Position numbers and translations under genes: made by a program
Part shown: positions 36,653 through 47,254 of the stretch, piece after piece
Layout: every line of letters starts with the position of its first letter
Position numbering within the stretch: the first letter of the stretch is position 1
Source of the DNA: Pseudanabaena sp.
Lineage (GTDB): Bacteria > Cyanobacteriota > Cyanobacteriia > Pseudanabaenales > Pseudanabaenaceae
NCBI GenBank assembly: GCA_003249035.1
Contig: QBMK01000015.1
Location: 22,833-86,832, forward strand
Direction of reading: 5' to 3'
DNA length: 64,000 bases
Notes under the pieces: generated by a model
What the model was told of the DNA's origin: nothing
The model's input: the letters and a program-made list of their open reading frames with translations, nothing else
The model's database searches: none

Positions 36653-36726
36653 GGCGAATGATGGGAATTGAACCCACGAATGGTGGTACCACAAACCACT
36701 GCCTTAACCACTTGGCTACACTCGCC
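36653..36726 (-). tRNA. tRNA-His (anticodon GTG) with an encoded G-1
   Basis: Reverse complement: GGCGAGTGTAGCCAAGTGGTTAAGGCAGTGGTTTGTGGTACCACCATTCGTGGGTTCAATTCCCATCATTCGCC. Anticodon stem GTGGT/ACCAC with loop TTGTGGT. T-arm GTGGG-TTCAATT-CCCAT. The extra 5' G pairs with discriminator C. CCA is not encoded. Confidence 0.9.
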
Positions 36727-36884
36727 ATTTAACCGCTATTGATAATACTACTGATTAGTACATTTACACAAGATCTTTTGTGGGATTTCTAGTAATTTAG
36801 AGAAAAGCGGCGCTTTGCAATGTCTTTCGCTTTTTGGGCTTTAATGTTAAATGGCGATCGCCATACTAACGAGCATAGGCATCA

Positions 36885-38195
36885 ATGGATTTAGATACCA
36901 TTCTTAACAAGCGTTATCGCATTCGTCAAACTATTAGCATCAAACAAGTTAGTGCGATCGCATTATCAGTTTATCTAGCCGAAAATCTAGAGATGCCGAT
37001 TACACCCAAGCCTTGGTGCGTGATTTATTTCTGGCAAGTATTAGGAGAAGATGTTCTAGATCGAGAAGCGATCGCCGCAAAGCTTTATGAAATTGGACAG
37101 AACTACACTCTAGCTCCTAAAGTACAAGCTTTTTTTACAGAAGAAGACAATTGCTATCTGGTACGTGAATACCTAGAGGGTTATGAATATCTAGAAGAAT
37201 TTAGCCGAATTGTTAATGCTCTTTCTACTCCTGAGGCAAAAAAGAATTCAGAAATTTCTACAGTTAAAGCCTTGCCAAACTCCCGAGCATGGGCAAACTC
37301 TCTTGCAAAATTACCCATCAAGATTAGTCGTCGTCAGTTAATTATTAGCACTAGTTGCGCGATCGCAGGTTTTACCTTGGCGATATTTCTCGAAAACCTC
37401 AAGCCTCAACCCTCCCCGATTATCATTGCTGAACCTCAGCCAGTTCCTGAACCGCCAAGCGATCCGATTAAGCGAGGGGATAAAGCCTTTCGTGATGATT
37501 TAGGCAATGGGATCTATATGGAGATGGTGCGGATTGAATCGGGAAAATTTGCGCTAGGTTCGCCGCCCAATGAAATTGGTAGACGTGACAATGAATCACC
37601 CATATCTGAGGTAAATGTGCCCGCTTTTTATATAGCAAAATTTGCAGTTACCCAAGAGCAATGGGTGGCGATTATGGGAAGTAATCCCGCCATGTTTCGC
37701 GAAAACTTACAAGCGCCTGTGGAAAACATTTCTTGGCTTGAGACTCAAGATTTTTGTCGCAAATTAGCAACTAGATCTCAACATCTTTATCGCTTACCTA
37801 GCGAATCAGAATGGGAATATGCATGTCGAGCTGGCACAAATACGGCTTACCATTTTGGCGATAGTCCATCTCAACTCGCCGATTATGCATGGTTCTCTGA
37901 CAATGCCAACAAGCGATCGCATCCTGTCGGACAGAAAGTACCAAACCCTTGGGGGCTATACGAAATGCATGGCGGTATTTGGGAATGGTGCGAAGACGTT
38001 TGGCACGATAATCTTAACGGCGCTCCTGCCGATGGATCGGCATGGATAAGCGATGGCTACGCCAGTCGGCGCGTTCGCAAGGGTGGCTCATGGAGTAATG
38101 AAGCCCGTTTATGTCGATCGGCAAGTCGTGAATGGCATTGGCAAAGCGATCGCTACAATGACATCGGCTTTCGCGTAGTTATTTCGGCAATGTAG
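36885..38195 (+). CDS. Membrane protein with a C-terminal FGE-sulfatase (formylglycine-generating-enzyme-like) domain and a vestigial kinase-like N-terminus
   Basis: 436 aa. One TM helix (LIISTSCAIAGFTLAIFL). FGE-type domain motifs: MVRIESGKFALGSP, WEYACRAGT, NPWGLYEMHGGIWEWCED, RKGGSW. The N-terminal ~110 aa resemble a Ser/Thr-kinase N-lobe without the G-loop or catalytic Lys. Confidence 0.8.
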   Translation: MDLDTILNKRYRIRQTISIKQVSAIALSVYLAENLEMPITPKPWCVIYFWQVLGEDVLDREAIAAKLYEIGQNYTLAPKVQAFFTEEDNCYLVREYLEGYEYLEEFSRIVNALSTPEAKKNSEISTVKALPNSRAWANSLAKLPIKISRRQLIISTSCAIAGFTLAIFLENLKPQPSPIIIAEPQPVPEPPSDPIKRGDKAFRDDLGNGIYMEMVRIESGKFALGSPPNEIGRRDNESPISEVNVPAFYIAKFAVTQEQWVAIMGSNPAMFRENLQAPVENISWLETQDFCRKLATRSQHLYRLPSESEWEYACRAGTNTAYHFGDSPSQLADYAWFSDNANKRSHPVGQKVPNPWGLYEMHGGIWEWCEDVWHDNLNGAPADGSAWISDGYASRRVRKGGSWSNEARLCRSASREWHWQSDRYNDIGFRVVISAM

Positions 38196-38243
38196 AATTG
38201 AGATATGATTGCCATTAAAGCACTTTACGCTCAAACCCAAACC

Positions 38244-38292
38244 AAGAAATTTTTTAAAAGTCTTGCTAAGCAAGACTTTTAAAAAATTTCTT
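38244..38292. terminator. Perfect 23-bp-arm hairpin
   Basis: AAGAAATTTTTTAAAAGTCTTGC-taa-GCAAGACTTTTAAAAAATTTCTT. Confidence 0.7.
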
Positions 38293-38357
38293 ATGGTTCG
38301 TTTGATCGGAAATTTCTGTAATTCGATCTCAATGCCTAGGAAAACCTAATTAAGATC

Positions 38358-38915
38358 ATGACAGCTCAACTCCTTACGCATAAATTTACGACACAGCAAT
38401 ATCACCTCATGCATGAAGCTGGTGTTTTTGCACAGGGCGAGCGTCTCGAATTAATTGATGGAGAAATCAAAAAAATGTCGCCAATTGGCAGAAAACATGC
38501 TGCTTGTGTAAACCGTTTAGTTACAATATTTACCAAAAAATTAGGCGATCTCATTATATTGTCAGTGCAAAATCCCATTCGCTTGGCTGATAATTCAGAG
38601 CCACAGCCCGATCTTGCCATCCTCAAACTGCGTGCAGATTTTTATGAAGAGGAATTGCCAACACCTTCAGATATCTTGTTGATTGTCGAAGTTGTTGATA
38701 GCACGATCGCCTATGATCGCGAAGTCAAAGCACCTCTTTACGCATCGGTGGGTATTCCTGAAATGTGGTTGTTTGATGTCAATAAAAAAGCGATCGAGGG
38801 ATATTCGCAACCATCTGCATCAGGATATAAACAGTTAAATCGGTACGAAAAGAATGATAAGTTATCGATACTTGCCTTTCCTGAGGTGATGTTTACTTGG
38901 GAAGAGTTATTTTAA
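38358..38915 (+). CDS. Uma2-family (DUF820) restriction-endonuclease-fold protein
   Basis: 185 aa. Pattern YHLMHEAGV...ELIDGEI..MSP...H, PQPDLAIL, LIVEVVDS. Confidence 0.85.
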   Translation: MTAQLLTHKFTTQQYHLMHEAGVFAQGERLELIDGEIKKMSPIGRKHAACVNRLVTIFTKKLGDLIILSVQNPIRLADNSEPQPDLAILKLRADFYEEELPTPSDILLIVEVVDSTIAYDREVKAPLYASVGIPEMWLFDVNKKAIEGYSQPSASGYKQLNRYEKNDKLSILAFPEVMFTWEELF

Positions 38916-38938
38916 GGCGGAGCCGTTTAATCCCAATT

Positions 38939-39724
38939 ATGAATGCTAGTCAAATTGAACCAACCGATCGCCAAATTTCCACTCAACTTATTCTCGAAGT
39001 CCGTAATGTTGTGGCGGGATATGTGGAAGGGGTAGATATTTTACAAGGCGCGAATTTATCAGTGTACGAAGGTGAACTTGTCACCGTAATTGGCTCTAAC
39101 GGAGCAGGGAAATCGACCTTAGCAAAAGCGATTTTTGGTTTAGTGCCAGTGAGATCGGGAGAAATATTATTTGGCGAGCGCAATCTGATCGGACTCAAGC
39201 CCGAACAAATTGTACGACAGGGAATTAGCTATGTACCGCAAGTTGCCAATGTGTTTCCGTCGTTAAGCGTATCGGACAATCTCGATATGGGAGCCTATAC
39301 TCGCGATGGCAACATCAAAGAATTAAAAGATAAAACTTACGAAATTTTCCCTGTGTTAGCCAAGCGCCGCAATCAGAGAGCAGGGACATTATCTGGTGGA
39401 GAACGCCAAATGCTAGCTATGGGACGAGCGTTGATGCTAGAGCCAAGGTTGCTGATTTTAGACGAGCCATCGGCAGCGCTGTCTCCGATTTTGGTTCAGG
39501 ATATTTTTAATTTAATTCAACAAATCAATCGAACTGGAACTTCGATAATTTTGGTGGAGCAGAATGCACGTAAGGCTTTAGCGATCGCTGATCGCGGCTA
39601 TGTGATGCATTTAGGCAAAGACGAGTTTACTGGCAAAGGTACTGATTTATTGAACAACCCCGAAGTTGCCGAGTTGTATTTGGGGATGGGGAATTTTTGC
39701 AAACCATCTAAGGATATATCCTAG
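38939..39724 (+). CDS. ABC transporter ATP-binding protein, LivF/UrtE-like (branched-chain amino acid / urea type)
   Basis: Start at the ATG at 38939 (MNASQIE...). Walker A GSNGAGKST, signature LSGGERQ, Walker B LLILDEPS. No partner permease is present in the window. Confidence 0.85.
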   Translation: MNASQIEPTDRQISTQLILEVRNVVAGYVEGVDILQGANLSVYEGELVTVIGSNGAGKSTLAKAIFGLVPVRSGEILFGERNLIGLKPEQIVRQGISYVPQVANVFPSLSVSDNLDMGAYTRDGNIKELKDKTYEIFPVLAKRRNQRAGTLSGGERQMLAMGRALMLEPRLLILDEPSAALSPILVQDIFNLIQQINRTGTSIILVEQNARKALAIADRGYVMHLGKDEFTGKGTDLLNNPEVAELYLGMGNFCKPSKDIS

Positions 39725-39862
39725 ATGGTAATGATTAAGAGCGCAATGTAAAGACTATCGTAACCATTGCCTAATTTTTACCAGATATTGGATTTAGAAT
39801 ACATTGCGATCGCTTAGCTTATAGATAGAATATTAGATTAAGGCTTTTTATAGAGGAATTTC

Positions 39863-41380
39863 ATGACAATCGTAGATGTAAAGCTTTCGTTTGAAGAACT
39901 AACAAAAGCACAGACATATTTGCAAAAGTTAGGACTATATGACGGTCAAGTGGATGGCATCTATGGAAGATTATCGGAAGCTGCTTTTGTACAGTTTGCC
40001 AATGCCCTCAGCATCGATTCGATTTTGGATGCTAACTCGCAAGCATTGACAAATAACCTTTTACAAATGCCGTCAGTAGTTAGACATTTGCTTCAAATTC
40101 TTGGCGAAGGCGATCGCATATTCTCAAAATTTACCAATGCTCAACGTATTTTCGTAAATATGGGGCAAGCCGACTCTAATTACCTTGGCTTTCTTGATCG
40201 CGGAGTCAATGGCTGTATTGCCGGATCGATGAAAGGGCTACCTAATCGAAACTTTTCACCATCACCGTTGTTGAGTCATATTCCCGCCTATACAGATCGA
40301 CTATCGAGCTTGCCTGATGGGGTAAATGTGGTTTCCTATGGTGAAGTTGCCATGCTTTCCAATAGTCAGGTACGGGTTCGATTTCGTCCTTATCCTGCGA
40401 TCGGTACTATCCCTAATATTGAAACAATTGGGTTAGAGTTCCTCCATAGCAGCATCCAAGAGGCTTGTATCTGTATTGGTAGTGTCGTTAATGGACAAAT
40501 GTTAACTCGTTGGATTGGGCGCAATCCTTTAAGCAATGTCCAGTTTTGGAGTTCCACCAAAATATTGCCATTGCTCTATACCATCGACACAGCCAATCAA
40601 ATTCAACCAAATCAAGAGATAGCTAATTGTGTGATCGCCGATTCGCAGGGTAACAAAGAACCTCGTACATTTGCCGAAATGGCTCAGCGAATTTGTGCAT
40701 ATGAGGAATCTAGCGGTATTACTTCCAATAGTTTGTCCGCAATGTTTAAGCAATTTACTACACCGACAAACTTACAGGATTGGCTCAAAAGAATTACGGG
40801 CAATCAAAAGCTGATTTTTCAAGGGCGCTATGGTGAAGCTCCTTATATTGAACAGCCCATTTTGCGAGATATTACGGGCACAAATATAATTAATGGAGTA
40901 AAAGATAGACATCGTGGTGATAATTTAATTTCGGCTTACGACTTGACGCGAATTGTTTCTCAAATTGCATGGCATCGACATCTCGCGCCCGTTTCTCGAT
41001 TAACGAATGCTAAGTGGCATAGTTTAAGCACTTTGATTTCTGTAATGGGACAAGATACCGCAAGATATTTGGATGCAGCGATAGTGGGTTTAGGATTGTC
41101 ATATTTTATTGACAATCCTGTGGTGATCTCCAAGATGGGTTTTGGATATAGCGATCAACGTAAGCAAACAGAGCTTACCTATACTGCTTGTATCCAGTTT
41201 GTCGATCGCCTTGCCAAATCCCATGATTTGCCTTTGCCAAAGTTGAGATCGGTTAATATGACTTTACGTGCTGTTCTTAATCTTAAAGATCCTGTGCGCG
41301 AAGCATTAGAAATTGATGCGAGAATGGCTGCTACAGTCGCTGATGTTTTGCTTAGGATCGTAACAGAAGAACTAATCTAA
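39863..41380 (+). CDS. Hypothetical protein with an N-terminal peptidoglycan-binding (PG_binding_1-like) domain; possible serine-hydrolase (beta-lactamase/PBP-like) body
   Basis: 505 aa. N-terminus LQKLGLYDGQVDGIYGRLSEAAFVQFA. Downstream motifs FWSSTKILPLL (SxxK-like, aa 230-233), ITSNSLS (aa ~287-290), GDN (aa 352-354) and SKMGFG (KTG-like, aa 424-426). Confidence 0.5.
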   Translation: MTIVDVKLSFEELTKAQTYLQKLGLYDGQVDGIYGRLSEAAFVQFANALSIDSILDANSQALTNNLLQMPSVVRHLLQILGEGDRIFSKFTNAQRIFVNMGQADSNYLGFLDRGVNGCIAGSMKGLPNRNFSPSPLLSHIPAYTDRLSSLPDGVNVVSYGEVAMLSNSQVRVRFRPYPAIGTIPNIETIGLEFLHSSIQEACICIGSVVNGQMLTRWIGRNPLSNVQFWSSTKILPLLYTIDTANQIQPNQEIANCVIADSQGNKEPRTFAEMAQRICAYEESSGITSNSLSAMFKQFTTPTNLQDWLKRITGNQKLIFQGRYGEAPYIEQPILRDITGTNIINGVKDRHRGDNLISAYDLTRIVSQIAWHRHLAPVSRLTNAKWHSLSTLISVMGQDTARYLDAAIVGLGLSYFIDNPVVISKMGFGYSDQRKQTELTYTACIQFVDRLAKSHDLPLPKLRSVNMTLRAVLNLKDPVREALEIDARMAATVADVLLRIVTEELI

Positions 41381-41440
41381 AAATTTAGTGCTGCGATCGA
41401 AATCTTCAAGCTAGCTGGCAATGTAGGATCGATATACATA

Positions 41441-42253
41441 ATGCAAAAACAACGCACTTTATCTCCTGTCGGTCTATGGTGGCGATGGGTACTGGCTACG
41501 CTAGTTGGTGCTGCAATCGGCAATATCTTTGGGATTGCGGCTTGTTTGGCGGGAGTTCATTACCTAAGCGATCGCTTGATGGATCTTCGCATCTGTAATG
41601 CTGGCTTTGGTAGTCTAAATTGTCCTGCGTCAGCTGGTATTGTCAGTGGCGCCATGGCAGTAGGTGTTTTTGTGGGCTTGATGCAATATCTGGTCTTACG
41701 ACGATTCCTAAAGTCTCCAGCATGGTGGATTTTAGTCAGCACCTTTGGTTGGGCTTGGGTTGGCTTTGCTGCTACAAGTTTGGCTTATACAGCTCAATTT
41801 GGCTTTGTGATTAATACTGATGGTTCTTTTTCCGAAAGTAATATAATCGATCGCATTCCGCTATTAGCCGTTAATTCTCTATGGCTAGTATTTGCAGGAA
41901 CAATACTAGGCGTTTTACAGTGGTTAGTTCTGTGGAATGGTCTGACTCCTAAATTTTCTGGTGCAAAATCTTTTAAAGGGCGATCGCTATTATGGATCGC
42001 GGTTAATGTTGTTTTAGTGACATGTATGGCAGTGGCAATAATGACAACTTTTCGTGGTCAGGGGAGCTTGTTTGGAATCCAATTATTCTTTTTGGGATTT
42101 ACTCCTTTTTATGCCACGATTACGGGAGCAACCCTCGCGAAAATGCGCTTATACCACTCAACAAGAATAAGTGCAAAAGCAGATATAAATTCCCCGTTGC
42201 TTTCAAGTGAAGGAATAGATGGAATTAATAAAATGAGTAGTGATGAAACCTAA
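41441..42253 (+). CDS. Hypothetical polytopic membrane protein
   Basis: 270-aa ORF with about 6 hydrophobic helices. No recognised family. Confidence 0.5.
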   Translation: MQKQRTLSPVGLWWRWVLATLVGAAIGNIFGIAACLAGVHYLSDRLMDLRICNAGFGSLNCPASAGIVSGAMAVGVFVGLMQYLVLRRFLKSPAWWILVSTFGWAWVGFAATSLAYTAQFGFVINTDGSFSESNIIDRIPLLAVNSLWLVFAGTILGVLQWLVLWNGLTPKFSGAKSFKGRSLLWIAVNVVLVTCMAVAIMTTFRGQGSLFGIQLFFLGFTPFYATITGATLAKMRLYHSTRISAKADINSPLLSSEGIDGINKMSSDET

Positions 42254-42343
42254 ACCGAATCTAAAACTCAAAAAGTTATTCTTCCAACGTAGTGAGCAGA
42301 ACAACTTTTTAAGTTTTAGATCTATTTATCGTATAGAGAATTA

Positions 42344-43243
42344 ATGTCTAATTTACCGCCTGAAGTTACACAACTGCGATCGCAACTCACCGAACCAACA
42401 TCGATCGACCTTGTTGATAATATTCAATTTTGTCTTGTCTCTACTACCTTCACCAGTGAAGTGATTTTGACTAGCTATGTCTGTGATGGTCTAAGTAAAG
42501 CTGAGCAAGATATACCGATTTTGCTATTGCATGGTTTTGATAGCTCTCTATTAGAGTTTCGCCGACTGCTACCAAAACTGGCGAATCCACGCCAAACTTT
42601 TGCCGTGGATTTGTTTGGGTTTGGTTTAACTGAGCGTCTTGCTGATAGCCAAGTTAGCCCAGAGACTATCAAAGAACATCTTTACTATTTCTGGAAAACG
42701 GCGATCGCTAAACCAATTGTGCTCGTCGGGGCATCAATGGGCGGTGCAGCTGCAATTGATTTTGCACTTACTTATCCTGATGTAGTGAAAAAGTTAATTC
42801 TGATCGGCAGTGCGGGAATGAGGAAAGGAACTGCTGCGGGTAAATTTCTTGTGCCGCCATTAGATCGAATGGCAACAGATTTTTTGCGCAGTCCCAAAGT
42901 CCGCCGAGAAGTTAGTCTCAAGGCTTATGCCGATCCAAGATTTGTTACGCCCGATGCAGAGGTTTGTGCGTCGCTCCATTTGGCGATGCCTCGATGGAGT
43001 GACTCGCTGATTGCATTTACTAAGAGCGGTGGCTATGGTTCTTTTGCAAAGCAATTAGCATATTTGCAACAGGAAACTTTAATTCTCTGGGGCGATCGAG
43101 ATCGCATTCTCGGTACAAAGGATGCAGCCAAGTTCCAATCAATTATCCCCAATAATAAGCTCGTTTGGATTGACAATAGCGGTCATGTTCCTCATTTGGA
43201 ACGCCCCGAAATTACCGCTCAAGAGATTCTCAAGTTTCTTTAA
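42344..43243 (+). CDS. Alpha/beta-fold hydrolase
   Basis: 299 aa. HG oxyanion motif LLLHGF, nucleophile elbow GASMGG, C-terminal GHVPHLE. Confidence 0.8.
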   Translation: MSNLPPEVTQLRSQLTEPTSIDLVDNIQFCLVSTTFTSEVILTSYVCDGLSKAEQDIPILLLHGFDSSLLEFRRLLPKLANPRQTFAVDLFGFGLTERLADSQVSPETIKEHLYYFWKTAIAKPIVLVGASMGGAAAIDFALTYPDVVKKLILIGSAGMRKGTAAGKFLVPPLDRMATDFLRSPKVRREVSLKAYADPRFVTPDAEVCASLHLAMPRWSDSLIAFTKSGGYGSFAKQLAYLQQETLILWGDRDRILGTKDAAKFQSIIPNNKLVWIDNSGHVPHLERPEITAQEILKFL

Positions 43244-43247
43244 CCCC

Positions 43248-43865
43248 ATGAAAATTATCGCGATCGCCCTTTCGGGTGGAAAAAGCTCAAGGATGGGAAG
43301 GGATAAAGCTTTATTAGAAATTAATGGTGAAACTCTATTATCTAGAACTTGTCGAACTGCTTTAGGAGTGGCTGATTCGGTCTATATAGTGGCTCGGAGT
43401 CAGGAACAATACCAAGAAGCGATCGCCCAAAATTTACCGCATTCTTATCTAGTTTTAGATCAACAATTTGATGGGGCATTAGTTGGCTTTTGGCAGGGGC
43501 TTCAGGCGATCGCAAGTCCTGTTGATTGGCTCTTATTGCTAGCCTGTGATTTGCCAAGTCTGCAAGGTGATGTTCTTCATGGTTGGGCTAGTCAGTTAGC
43601 AAATTTACCTGAAAAAGCGATCGCTTATTTACCACGTTATGTAGATGAGAATTCACAAAAGCAATGGGAACCTCTATGCGGTTTCTATCGTTGGCAATGT
43701 CAAGATTCTCTTAAAGAATTTGTCAATAATGGTGGGCGATCGTTTCAAAAATGGTTAAGTAATCAAGAAGTTGTTGAGATAGAAAATGCACCTTTTGTGA
43801 TGCTTTTTAATTGCAATACTCCAGAAGATTTTCGCTCGATAAAATTAGGACTTACGCAAAAATGA
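43248..43865 (+). CDS. mobA: Molybdenum cofactor guanylyltransferase
   Basis: Start MKIIAIALSGGKSSRMGRDKALL at the ATG at 43248 (the track ORF starts 126 nt upstream, inside the previous gene). MobA N-terminal signature is present. Confidence 0.8.
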   Translation: MKIIAIALSGGKSSRMGRDKALLEINGETLLSRTCRTALGVADSVYIVARSQEQYQEAIAQNLPHSYLVLDQQFDGALVGFWQGLQAIASPVDWLLLLACDLPSLQGDVLHGWASQLANLPEKAIAYLPRYVDENSQKQWEPLCGFYRWQCQDSLKEFVNNGGRSFQKWLSNQEVVEIENAPFVMLFNCNTPEDFRSIKLGLTQK

Positions 43866-43937
43866 CTTGAAACCCGCAATGCATTGTAAGGGCAAAGCAA
43901 TGAATTGCCCTTACAATGCATTGCTTTGCGTAAGTCC
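43848..43937. repeat. 90-nt nested hairpin overlapping the mobA stop codon
   Basis: Outer arms GGACTTACGCAAA (43848-43860) and TTTGCGTAAGTCC (43925-43937). Inner perfect 20-bp arms GCAATGCATTGTAAGGGCAA (43876-43895) and TTGCCCTTACAATGCATTGC (43905-43924). Confidence 0.7.
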
Positions 43938-43938
43938 T

Positions 43939-43974
43939 AAAAATAAAGGCGCACCCTTTGGGTACGCCTTTATT

Positions 43975-43976
<2 letters not shown>
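43939..43976. terminator. Hairpin at the pgm stop codon
   Basis: AAAAATAAAGGCG-...-CGCCTTTATTTT. The right arm overlaps the pgm stop codon. Confidence 0.6.
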
Positions 43977-45621
<1,645 letters not shown>

Positions 45622-45710
45622 CTAAAAATGCTCTGAGTAAATGCTCTAAATACTGAAATGCCCATACCTTTAGGCTTGCTTTCATTTTACGAGTCATTGG
45701 TCAGTCAAGC

Positions 45711-45747
45711 AAAAAAAAGAGGAGATGAAAAGCATCTCCTCTTTTTT
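45711..45747. terminator. Bidirectional intrinsic terminator
   Basis: A-run, AGAGGAGATG-aaaag-CATCTCCTCT, T-run. Confidence 0.8.
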
Positions 45748-45753
45748 GAGTTG

Positions 45754-47112
45754 TTAAGCAGCGACTCCTAAAGCGATCGCACCCTGAGTAACCACATTCG
45801 TAACATCAATTAATTCCGACTCAAAGCTAACTTGGGCGCGATTGGTTTTGCCACCAACGTAAAGGCGATCGCCAACTTGCAAAGCCCATACTTGCGAATG
45901 ACTAACGTAACTCATGATCACCCCTAACATTAGCAATCCAAATCCTGCATAAACAATCGGAATCCCTGGATCAGCTTTAATTTGTAAACCAGTACTCCCG
46001 ATCGCTTCTTTTAAGGTAAAAGTTACTCCATTAACTTCAGCACTTTGATTGGTGCGAACCGTAGTAAGGAGATTTCCTTTCTCGTCATAGATCAGAAAAG
46101 TCCCTTGCAAGTCGGGTGTAATTAGAGTAATTCCGGCACTGAGGTCTGGCTTGGTAGGAATCCATGTTCCCCATACTTGACGACCACCATTCTGGGATTC
46201 TAACTTCCTAACGGGTAATTGCAGGATAGGGCTATTGTTAAACGTAAATCTGACAGCATGAATATCCCAGTTCGCTTGATAGAAGGTAACACCCTTGTAC
46301 TTGAGAGGTTTATTAACATGGATAGTTTGGCGATCAACTTCTTTGCCATCATTATTAAGAACTGATAAGTCTGAATAGAACTGATCGATGCTTCCCTTGG
46401 GTGTGTAATCAATCCAAAAGCGATTTACTCGCACTGACCAATCTTTTGGAACTTGCTTAGCAGACCAAGCGCCAGCCTCGGTAATATTTTTAACTTGAAA
46501 TGTTTCACCACTGGGAACCATTTCTTGCGCGATGAAACCAGTTAAGGAACCCCAAATTGAACCAATTAAAACCAGTAACATACTGGCATGAACAATAATT
46601 GGTCCAATTCTACCAATCAGTCCTTTACGGGCATAAAGGCGATCATCAGCTTGATAAACTTTGTAATTTTTGCCTTGTAGCGATCGCGCTAAATTACTCA
46701 AATTCCCACCAATAATTTCAGTAGCGAGGGGGAGTTTGGCAAAGCTTTGGGGCTTGGTGTAGTAAAACCAGCGTTTAGAAGCTTTGAGAATTGGTAATTG
46801 ACGGTTAAAGGTACAAGCAGTAAGACTTGTGCCAAATAAGATTAATAGCGAAAGAAACCACCAGCTACCATAGACATGTTCTAATCCGATCGCCAAAATC
46901 ACTTTGTAAGACAAAAATCCAAACAAGGCAGGATGCTCGGGATAATTTTCGCGATAAAAATCGATAGGTTGTCCCTGCTCGATCACCGTACCGAGAATAC
47001 TGAATAGGGCTATCAATAATAATAAAGCGATCGCCACTTTGAGATTGGCAAGAAGCGCCACCACCTGATGTCGCCAAATTTGGTTTGCTTGGAATCGGAT
47101 TTTTTGAAACAC
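45754..47112 (-). CDS. ccs1: Cytochrome c biogenesis protein Ccs1/CcsB (ResB family)
   Basis: 452 aa. N-terminal TM helices, a large lumenal domain, a C-terminal TM helix and the ResB-like pattern typical of cyanobacterial Ccs1. Confidence 0.88.
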   Translation of the reverse strand: MFQKIRFQANQIWRHQVVALLANLKVAIALLLLIALFSILGTVIEQGQPIDFYRENYPEHPALFGFLSYKVILAIGLEHVYGSWWFLSLLILFGTSLTACTFNRQLPILKASKRWFYYTKPQSFAKLPLATEIIGGNLSNLARSLQGKNYKVYQADDRLYARKGLIGRIGPIIVHASMLLVLIGSIWGSLTGFIAQEMVPSGETFQVKNITEAGAWSAKQVPKDWSVRVNRFWIDYTPKGSIDQFYSDLSVLNNDGKEVDRQTIHVNKPLKYKGVTFYQANWDIHAVRFTFNNSPILQLPVRKLESQNGGRQVWGTWIPTKPDLSAGITLITPDLQGTFLIYDEKGNLLTTVRTNQSAEVNGVTFTLKEAIGSTGLQIKADPGIPIVYAGFGLLMLGVIMSYVSHSQVWALQVGDRLYVGGKTNRAQVSFESELIDVTNVVTQGAIALGVAA

Positions 47113-47254
47113 GTCACGTCTATGGTTATTACTACTTGCATTGATCTTATCTCAGCTTGCCAGAAAGTAGATCCGACCTTGAGCTACTGTGGGAAGACTA
47201 AATTTAGGGTAAAGTTAAGCCAATCTTTCAGATATTCATTGAGAAAAAGGGTAT

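Noticed and set aside
31920-36726. The idea that tRNA-His marks the boundary of an integrated genomic island containing the TPR pair, the repeat elements and the pLGIC gene.
   Set aside because: I found no integrase gene and could not find a direct repeat of the tRNA 3' end elsewhere in the window. The accessory character is plausible, but island status is unsupported.
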